From NCBI GenBank assembly GCA_000092065.1, contig CP000597.1: DNA of 64,000 bases. The stretch is one strand, 5' to 3'. Made by a program: the position numbers and the translations under genes. Shown here one piece after another: positions 50,342 through 57,547 of this stretch. A model generated the notes under the pieces. That model ran no database searches. It had not been told where the DNA came from and saw only the letters and a list, made by a program, of their open reading frames with translations. The stretch's first letter is position 1. The number at the start of each line of letters is the position of its first letter. This stretch comes from Ostreococcus lucimarinus. Lineage: Eukaryota.

Positions 50342-52915
50342 TTAAACGTTGTGCACCACGTACGAGCTCTTGAACGCGGTGGTACCGCTCTTCCGAGACT
50401 TGTGCAACGCGATGGAGCCAACGATGACGCCAGCGAGGGCGACGATGAAGCTAATCGCCGCGAGCGCCTCCGCGGCGCGAATTTCCTTTGTGGACACGCC
50501 TCCCGAGCTGAGACCGTGCACGTGCGCCACCAAATCGGCGTAGCTCGTGCTGGAGAATTCCGTCTTGATGTCGCAGTGGACGTGATACGCTTTGTGGTAT
50601 TGGCCGAGTTCGGAGTCGGTGAAACCAAACACGCCCTTCAAGTTGGCGATGGCGGTGCAATAGTTGTCGTAGGCCCACGTACCGCGCGCGGGCGCGGTGC
50701 GCACGTCGAATAGCGCGTCGAAGAATTGGTACGCATCCGAGAACGTCGACGTACCCTTGGCCTTGACGTCGCCCGCGATGACGCGGTACAACGCCTGGCC
50801 CTCGGCTTGGTCGTCCCCGTACGCCGCGACGGCGCCGCTCTTGAGCGCCGTGTCAATCTTGAACGCGTACTTGATGACGCACTGAGAGTACACGATGCGC
50901 AGTTGCCTTTCGATGCCCTCGTAAATGTTGTGGAGGTCGGTGCAGTCCTTCTGTTCTTGCCCCGAGCGCAACAGCTTCAGGATGGTCTCGTACGGCTTCG
51001 CCGTGTGCGCCGTGCCCATGGTGCCGAACTCGACGCCGCGCTTTTGCGCGCGACCCATGACGGAGTGGTAGCCGTCGCCGATGAGCAGCGCCGCGGCGAC
51101 GTCCCACGCAGCCTCTTGATCCGCAGACTTTTGATTGTTCACGCACACCGTGGAGCTTTGAGCATAACTCAAGTGATTGAGCGCGGCGTGGAAGCCGACG
51201 GCGTCCAACATCGTCTTTTCAATCATTTCTTTGGCCGCTTCGTGATAATTTTTACCGCTCTTCGCGAGCGTCACGGCCTCGGCGATGTAACCTGAAAGCG
51301 GCGTACCCGTAGCCGCATGTTTGCCCGACGACCCCACGGCAACCTTGGTGAATTCGTACTGCGTCATACGCGGGTTCCATTCGTTCGACGTGTACGGCGC
51401 GGTTTCGGTCCACGCCTTGTACGCTTCCACGAAATCAGACGACATGTCATCCCAAGAGGCGCTGACGTCTTCGTTGCGAATGAACGTGTCCATCTCGGCG
51501 ACGATGTGCGCCACGTTCTTGCTCAAGCCCAACGCCTTTGCGTACTGCGTCTTCGCGCTCACGGTGGCTTGCGCGGTGCTGCTGTGCGTGAGTTCTGACG
51601 TGAAGTACGAGCCGGCGAGAGACTTGAGCTCTCTGGCCGGATCCTCGTTCGTTTCCAACGCGCAGTTCACGTAAGCGGCGTCGGAGTACGTGCCGAGCGA
51701 CGCCTCCTTGACGCCGTGAGAAGACATCGTGTTGATGAAGTCGACGACGTGCGTCCTGGCGGTGCAATAATTGCCGTAATCCCAGGTGCCTCTCTGCTTT
51801 GAGATTTCGATGTCAAAGAAGGTATTGAAGAACCCAACGGCACCACTGCAAGCGGTCGCGCACTTACGAAGCATGTCACCGGCGATGACGCGGTACATCG
51901 CCTGACCTTCCGCGACGATGTCGTCGTAGGCGTTGACGGATGCCCCGGACGCGAGCTTCTTGTCAATCTTGTATGCATACTTCAAGATGGATTGCGCGTA
52001 CACCACCCGCATCTGCGCTTCGATGTCTTCGTAGATGTTGTGCAAATCAGCGCACATGTCGTTCGTGCCCTCGATTTCTTGACCGTCTCGTAAGAGTTTG
52101 ACGATGGTTTCGTACGGCTTGGAGATGCCCGCCGCGCCCATGGTGCCGAACTCGAGCCCACGCTTTTGCGCGCGCCCCAAGACGGAGTGATATCCATCAC
52201 CGATGAGTAACGCGGCGGCGACGTCCCAATGCGCCTTCATAGCGTCGGTTTGAGAGCTACCCGTGCACAAGCTGCCGGCACCCACGTCTTCTTGCGCCGC
52301 CGCCAACGCCAACAGCGAGCCTTGATAGCCGACGGCGTCCCAGACGGTCTTTTCGATGATTTCGCGCATCGCCTCGAGCCTGGTTCCGGCCGTATCCGCT
52401 TTCGCGATAACCACCGCCTCGGCGATGTACGCCTCCAACGGATTAGCGACAGCAGTCACGCCATTGATGCCGCGCAAGACCTTCGGAGTGGAAATCCAAG
52501 TCCACTCGTTGGACGTCGTTGCATAGTTGGCGACGGCGTCCTCGACCCAAGTCTTCGACATCGAGTCGTAATTCGTATCCATTTTGTCCCAATTATCAGA
52601 GCTGTTCGTGAACGTGCGAAGCTCGGCGATGATGTGCGCGACGCTGTTCCCGTAGTCGAGCGCGTTTTCAATACTCGTGTGCGCGTTGCCGCCGTTCACT
52701 GATTCCGTCGTCGTACTCAACGTATTGAGCTTGTAGCTCCCCGCCAGCGTCGAGATGTGCGTCAGTGCGTTCGCACCGACGCCGCACGCGCTCATCACCC
52801 CCATCGCCGCGATCGTCGCCCGCTTCGTCGCGCGTCGCCCTCGCGCGCATCGCCCCCGCCTCGCGTCCCCGTCGTCGTTCTTCTTCCCCGTCGCGTCTCC
52901 CGCGCGTCGCGCCAT
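50342..52915 (-). CDS. FEA1/ISIP2a (phytotransferrin)-like iron-assimilation protein with an internally duplicated ~330-aa domain, signal peptide and C-terminal TM anchor
   Basis: There are two homologous halves. The motif HWDVAAALLIGDGYHSVLGRAQKRGLEFGTMG in the first half and WDVAAALLIGDGYHSVMGRAQKRGVEFGTMG in the second are near-identical. A C-terminal TM, AISFIVALAGVIVGSIALH, follows. The architecture fits algal Fea1/ISIP2a-type ferric uptake proteins; the family assignment is from memory. Confidence 0.55.
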   Translation of the reverse strand: MARRAGDATGKKNDDGDARRGRCARGRRATKRATIAAMGVMSACGVGANALTHISTLAGSYKLNTLSTTTESVNGGNAHTSIENALDYGNSVAHIIAELRTFTNSSDNWDKMDTNYDSMSKTWVEDAVANYATTSNEWTWISTPKVLRGINGVTAVANPLEAYIAEAVVIAKADTAGTRLEAMREIIEKTVWDAVGYQGSLLALAAAQEDVGAGSLCTGSSQTDAMKAHWDVAAALLIGDGYHSVLGRAQKRGLEFGTMGAAGISKPYETIVKLLRDGQEIEGTNDMCADLHNIYEDIEAQMRVVYAQSILKYAYKIDKKLASGASVNAYDDIVAEGQAMYRVIAGDMLRKCATACSGAVGFFNTFFDIEISKQRGTWDYGNYCTARTHVVDFINTMSSHGVKEASLGTYSDAAYVNCALETNEDPARELKSLAGSYFTSELTHSSTAQATVSAKTQYAKALGLSKNVAHIVAEMDTFIRNEDVSASWDDMSSDFVEAYKAWTETAPYTSNEWNPRMTQYEFTKVAVGSSGKHAATGTPLSGYIAEAVTLAKSGKNYHEAAKEMIEKTMLDAVGFHAALNHLSYAQSSTVCVNNQKSADQEAAWDVAAALLIGDGYHSVMGRAQKRGVEFGTMGTAHTAKPYETILKLLRSGQEQKDCTDLHNIYEGIERQLRIVYSQCVIKYAFKIDTALKSGAVAAYGDDQAEGQALYRVIAGDVKAKGTSTFSDAYQFFDALFDVRTAPARGTWAYDNYCTAIANLKGVFGFTDSELGQYHKAYHVHCDIKTEFSSTSYADLVAHVHGLSSGGVSTKEIRAAEALAAISFIVALAGVIVGSIALHKSRKSGTTAFKSSYVVHNV

Positions 52916-53030
52916 CGTTCTCTCGTTTCGCGCGCGCGTTCGCGTCGCGTCGCTCGCCGTTCGTTCGCTCGCGCGCTCGTCCGTCGCGGTGTGTCGCCGC
53001 GCCGCCGCGCCGTCGCCGTCGCCGCGATAT

Positions 53031-53070
53031 CGGGTTTATCGCGAGATGGCGCGCCATCTCGCGATAAACC
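53031..53070. promoter_or_regulatory. Perfect 40-bp palindrome (20+20) in the bidirectional promoter between the FEA1-like gene and the DUF4281 gene
   Basis: ggtttatcgcgagatggcgc|gccatctcgcgataaacc. The two arms are exact reverse complements, and the centre is a GGCGCGCC (AscI-like) site. It lies 116 bp upstream of the FEA1-like ATG at 52915. Confidence 0.7.
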
Positions 53071-53296
53071 AATCATTCGGACATTCGTCATTGGGTTCAC
53101 GCGCGTCACAATGCGTCCCGTCGATCTCGCGTTTCGATTGGTTCGCGCGAGATCGAGCTCGTCGCTTTCGTTCGACGTCGGACGACATCGGACATTCGGA
53201 CACGCGATCCTGACGCGCGATTCTGACACACGGATCGCATCGCGCGCGTCGCGTCGCGTCGAGGCGCGTTCGTCGAGGCGCGAGTGCGCGGCGTCG

Positions 53297-54049
53297 ATGC
53301 GAGGGACGACGTCGGCGTCGCGCGCGACGTCGAGCGCGAACGCGCGCGCGATGCGCGCCGCGAGCGCGACGTCTCGAGGGGTCGTTCGCGCGAACGCGCG
53401 CGCTCGGACGACGGCGTCGACGCGACCGAGGCGCGGCGACGGCGTCGAGGCGCGGCGCGCGCGTCGAGGACGGACGACGACGGGACGACGAAGGCGCGCG
53501 CGCGCGGACGCGGGCGCGGATGAAATCGCGTGGTGCTGCGCGACGGCGTACACCGTCGGCGCGGTGGTGATGTGCGCGCGAGCGGCGCGGGCGAGGCGAG
53601 AGGACGAAGACGTCGACGCGCGCGACTTCGCGGCGTCGCTCGCGAAGATGTTCGCCGCGCCGTGCGCGCTGTACGGAATCTTGCTCGCGCGGTCGTGGAC
53701 GCCGGAAACGCTGTCGCTGATGATGCCGGGAAGCCTGGAGCGAGGACTGGCGACGGGGGAGGTGCAATTCGTGCCGACGCTGCGCTCGATCATGACGCTC
53801 CTGAGCGCGCGCGCGACGGCGACGAGCGCGTGGGCGCACTTGCTGTGCGTCAACCTCTTCGTCGCTCGACACGTGGCGTTGAAAACGCGCGAACGAAACG
53901 TGCGCGACGGGCACGCGCCGCCGATCGCGCACACGCTCGTGTTGTCCACGCTCGTCGGGCCGCTCGCGCTGCTCTCGCACGTCGTCACCGACGCGGCGTA
54001 CTACGCCGTCGTTCGCGCGCGCGACGAACGACGACGGGCGACGGCGTGA
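53297..54049 (+). CDS. DUF4281 (ABA4/neoxanthin-synthase-associated-like) small membrane protein with R-rich presequence
   Basis: …FAASLAKMFAAPCALYGILLARSWTPETLSLMMPGS…ATSAWAHLLCVNLFVARHVAL…HTLVLSTLVGPLALLSHVV resembles the DUF4281 pattern (…AWVHYLAFDLFVGRW…). The ATG at 53297 lies within the longer track ORF. Confidence 0.5.
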   Translation: MRGTTSASRATSSANARAMRAASATSRGVVRANARARTTASTRPRRGDGVEARRARRGRTTTGRRRRARADAGADEIAWCCATAYTVGAVVMCARAARARREDEDVDARDFAASLAKMFAAPCALYGILLARSWTPETLSLMMPGSLERGLATGEVQFVPTLRSIMTLLSARATATSAWAHLLCVNLFVARHVALKTRERNVRDGHAPPIAHTLVLSTLVGPLALLSHVVTDAAYYAVVRARDERRRATA

Positions 54050-54261
54050 GACGACGGGCGACGGCGTCAGACGTCGACGACTTTGAAATGTGTAATATAC
54101 GAACGTAACGCGCGCGTCGACCTCGCGCGCGCGGTTTCCGCCGTCGGCGTCCGAGACGCGCGCGCGCGCCTGGGGTTTAGAGAGGCTGCGGCGTCGCGCG
54201 CGCGTCAATTCCCGACGCGCCTCGCGCGCGGCGCGATCGCCGCCGCGAGCGAATCCTCGCG

Positions 54262-55530
54262 ATGTGGACGAGCGATGAGGATGAAAAGCTGTTGGCGCTC
54301 ATCGAAAAGCACGGCGCGCGGCGATGGAACTCGCTCGCGAGCGCGATGGAGACGAAAACCGCCAAGCAGTGTCGAAGGCGTTGGAGCGGCCACTTGACGA
54401 CGGAAATCAAAGAGCACGAGTGGACGGAGGCGGAAGATCTCGCCCTGCTCGACGCGCACGAAAAGCTCGGTAACAAGTGGACGGCGATCGCCAAGTTAGT
54501 GGGCGGGAGAACCGATAACGGGGCGAAGAATAGATTCAAGGCGCTCGTGGACAAGCAGACGAAGAGCAAGCGAAGACGCTACGACGCAAAGGGAACGGCG
54601 CGGCGCGCGATGGTGGCGAGCGAAAGATCGACTCCGGCGAAGCGAGGCCGGAAAAAGCCCGCGCCGCGCTCACCGACGAATCAAGAGGGGATCGGCCGCG
54701 ATGTCAAGCGATCGAAAGTCGAGTCGTCGTTGGAGGAACTCGCGGCGACGCGAACGGGCGTCGGCAAGAACGGCATATCGCCGTCGCTTTTCGTGAGTTC
54801 GCCCACGAACTCGGCGAGCGCGGATCGACAGAATAAGATGTGGCGTCCGAGTTTGTCGATAAAAGTCAACAGCCGCGAGCAGAGCGCGGCGGGCGCGAGC
54901 GGGATGGACGGCTTCAAGACTGGCGCGTCGCTGAGCAACTTCCTTCCAACCAACTATTCGGTAGGGAAGACCCTGAGCTTGTCGTGCGCCGAGCTCGATT
55001 TGTTGCGAGAAGTGCAAGAGATGGTTTCACCGCGCGTCATGGCGAATTCGCACGGTGGCGGAAGCAACGCGAATAGCGCGTTCAATCGTTACGGCGGCGG
55101 CGAGAAATCAAACGCGACGAACGACATGCAGAGCGTGATGAATTGGTTACTCAGCGCGAGACCCGCGGGTGGTGGAGACGGTGCAGATAATAGATACAAA
55201 GCCAACGGAATCGTCTCGAATGGTGACGCGGTGACCGTGTCATTAGCCCCGAACGAAGACGGCACGGCGAACATCCAGCGAGGAACGACGTTGAAGCACT
55301 TCCTGAGCATCAAAGCTGACGCACCGACGCCCAAAGGCGGTAAAGGCGCGGATTCGAAACCGATTTCAATTCCGTCGTTCACGTCGAGCGAGTTGAATTT
55401 GCTCTTGAACGCCCTCGGTACGACACCTTCCGTCGCGAGCAGCCCCGTCGCCGCGAGCGAGTCCGTAGTTGCGAAACCGCGAGCGCGACCGACGCGAACG
55501 CCTCAAAGGCGCGCGTCGCGAAGGTCGTGA
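54262..55530 (+). CDS. R2R3-type MYB transcription factor
   Basis: It has two SANT/Myb repeats at the N-terminus: WTSDEDEKLLALIEKHGARRWNSLASAMETKTAKQCRRRWSGHL and WTEAEDLALLDAHEKLGNKWTAIAKLVGGRTDNGAKNRFKAL. The C-terminal region is low-complexity. Confidence 0.85.
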   Translation: MWTSDEDEKLLALIEKHGARRWNSLASAMETKTAKQCRRRWSGHLTTEIKEHEWTEAEDLALLDAHEKLGNKWTAIAKLVGGRTDNGAKNRFKALVDKQTKSKRRRYDAKGTARRAMVASERSTPAKRGRKKPAPRSPTNQEGIGRDVKRSKVESSLEELAATRTGVGKNGISPSLFVSSPTNSASADRQNKMWRPSLSIKVNSREQSAAGASGMDGFKTGASLSNFLPTNYSVGKTLSLSCAELDLLREVQEMVSPRVMANSHGGGSNANSAFNRYGGGEKSNATNDMQSVMNWLLSARPAGGGDGADNRYKANGIVSNGDAVTVSLAPNEDGTANIQRGTTLKHFLSIKADAPTPKGGKGADSKPISIPSFTSSELNLLLNALGTTPSVASSPVAASESVVAKPRARPTRTPQRRASRRS

Positions 55531-55668
55531 GCGCTCCGACGCATAGTTTTAGCGTGATTGTTGTACTACCACCGTGTGAAATTTCCTCCGAAGACTCGTC
55601 GGTCCGCGTCGCTGGCGCCGCGTCGCGCTCGCCGCACACGCTGACTGTGCGCGGCGTCCCGGGTCACC

Positions 55669-56616
55669 ATGCGCGCGTGGTTTCGCGCGCGCGCGGAGCC
55701 GGTGCGCGCGTCCCCGGGCCCGAGAACAAAAGCACTCGAACTCGCTGCGCGTTCACGTCGTTCGTGCGGTGACGCGCGGCGACGCCACGTCGTTTCGAAC
55801 GCCATCAAGGATCCGAGGCCAACGGAAGGTGAAAACGAAACGAATGACGCGCCGTCGACGAGTAAGAAGTCGCTTAAAGAGCAGCGACAGGCGACAAAAG
55901 TATCGGTCGACGTTCAACGCGCGTTGGCGAGACGAATTTTAGACGCCCAACGCGGATGGGTGAGCCCGAAACGGGCGAGGGAGACGAGCGAGCTCATAGA
56001 CACGGCGCCGAGCGGGGAAGTCGTCGACATCGACGCTGAGGTCGTAGGCGTCATACCCGAAGCGTACACTCGTGTGCGGTGGTTACTCGGGTTGCTCATA
56101 TTACAAAGCACGTCGAGCTTGGTGCTGGCGCGATACGAGGATCTCATCAAGGAGAATATCATCGTCACGTTGTTTTTGACCATGCTCGTCGGCGCCGGCG
56201 GAAACGCGGGAAACCAAAGCGCTATCCACGTCATTCGAGGACTGGCCACTGGAGAGATGGAGAACACCGAAGAGTGCATGCGTAAAACGCTCGCCGAGCA
56301 GTTTCAAGTCGGTTTATTGCTCGCCACCGCGTTGTCGTCCGCGGGTTTCGTGCGCGTGTTGCTCACGTCGCCGCAAGGCTCGGACGATTTGGTCGGACCG
56401 TTCGCTATCGCCACTGCTTTATTTGCGATAGTCACCACGTCCACATGCGTTGGTACGATTCTCCCGTTCGCACTGGTGAAATTAGGGCAAGACCCCGCCA
56501 ACGCCGGGACGAGCGTGCAGGTGATAATGGACGTAAGCGGCGTCATCATCACGTGCACGGTGGCGAGTTTCATTTTCGCAAACGCAGATAAAATTCCAGG
56601 CTTGGTAGCATTCTAA
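55669..56616 (+). CDS. MgtE/SLC41-like divalent-cation (Mg2+) transporter membrane domain protein
   Basis: LFLTMLVGAGGNAGNQSAIHVIRGLATGE matches the MgtE TM signature GAGGNAG.QS. It has 5 TM helices. The ATG at 55669 gives a 315-aa product, and further upstream exons are possible. Confidence 0.6.
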   Translation: MRAWFRARAEPVRASPGPRTKALELAARSRRSCGDARRRHVVSNAIKDPRPTEGENETNDAPSTSKKSLKEQRQATKVSVDVQRALARRILDAQRGWVSPKRARETSELIDTAPSGEVVDIDAEVVGVIPEAYTRVRWLLGLLILQSTSSLVLARYEDLIKENIIVTLFLTMLVGAGGNAGNQSAIHVIRGLATGEMENTEECMRKTLAEQFQVGLLLATALSSAGFVRVLLTSPQGSDDLVGPFAIATALFAIVTTSTCVGTILPFALVKLGQDPANAGTSVQVIMDVSGVIITCTVASFIFANADKIPGLVAF

Positions 56617-56683
56617 AAGATTCATTTCAAAGCTTTAAAAGACGCGCGAGACCACTTGTAAAACAAAACTGTAGCACGCAAAC

Positions 56684-57436
56684 TCACGCGACGTCGACTG
56701 GAATTCGTTTCACGGTCTGCGCCGCCGCCGATGCCTTCGGAACGACAATCTTGAGCACACCATTTTTCACGTTTGCGCTGATTTCTTCGACGATAGCGTG
56801 CGGTGGTAAAGTGAATTTGTTCATGAAGCTTCCGAAGTGGCGCTCTCTCTTGTGCTTGTGCACGTCCGATCCCACGTCCGATCCCGCGTCCTCGACGCGT
56901 TCGCCTCGAATCGTTAGCACATTCGTCGGCACGTTGACTTCGATGCTGAGATTCTTCTCGACATCGATTCCCGGAACATCGGCGGTAAAAGTGATCGAGG
57001 ACGCAGTTTCTTCGACGTCCATGGCAGATCTCCCGATCAACGTCGAAAAGATCTGTGCCAAGGGTGATTTGTGCCGCGCGCTCTCGTCCTCGACGTCGGC
57101 GCTCAAGACGGAAAAGATCTGTGCCAAGGGTGATTTGTGCCGCGCGCTCTCGTCCTCGACGTCGGCGCTCAAGACGGCGCCGCCGCCCGAGCCGCTCGCT
57201 GCTGGAGCACACACGTCGAAGCTACGAACGAGCTGTTGGACCGTGTCAAGTGCGCGCGTGAGTTCGTTCATCGGCGTCGATGAAGCCACGCCACCGCTTT
57301 CGGGCGTACTCGTTGAAGAAGCTTTTTCTCTCTTGGGGAAAAGCTGGAACGCGCGCGCGGGTGCAAAGCTTTGCACGACGACCGCAATGGAGAGCAGTAG
57401 TGCGGGAGCGAAGGAAAATTTCCGACGCGAATGCAT
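56684..57436 (-). CDS. Small heat-shock protein (HSP20/alpha-crystallin domain) with signal-peptide-like N-terminus and an internal 22-aa tandem duplication
   Basis: The alpha-crystallin domain is MDVEETASSITFTADVPGIDVEKNLSIEVNVPTNVLTIRGERVE…HFGSFMNKFTLPPHAIVEEISANVKNGVLKIVVPK. The N-terminus MHSRRKFSFAPALLLSIAVVVQSFAPARA is hydrophobic. Confidence 0.8.
   Translation of the reverse strand: MHSRRKFSFAPALLLSIAVVVQSFAPARAFQLFPKREKASSTSTPESGGVASSTPMNELTRALDTVQQLVRSFDVCAPAASGSGGGAVLSADVEDESARHKSPLAQIFSVLSADVEDESARHKSPLAQIFSTLIGRSAMDVEETASSITFTADVPGIDVEKNLSIEVNVPTNVLTIRGERVEDAGSDVGSDVHKHKRERHFGSFMNKFTLPPHAIVEEISANVKNGVLKIVVPKASAAAQTVKRIPVDVA
57045..57176. repeat. Perfect 66-bp in-frame tandem duplication inside the sHSP gene
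   Basis: gaaaagatctgtgccaagggtgatttgtgccgcgcgctctcgtcctcgacgtcggcgctcaagacg occurs twice, giving LSADVEDESARHKSPLAQIFS(V/T) twice in the protein. Confidence 0.8.
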
Positions 57437-57547
57437 GCTCGTTGGTATTGGTTTGATGAGCGAGAAACGTCGCGAGATCGAGCGCGCGGATTTATGAGGA
57501 GTGCTTACAGAATATAGATACATGAGATATTCATCGTCGGCGTGGCG

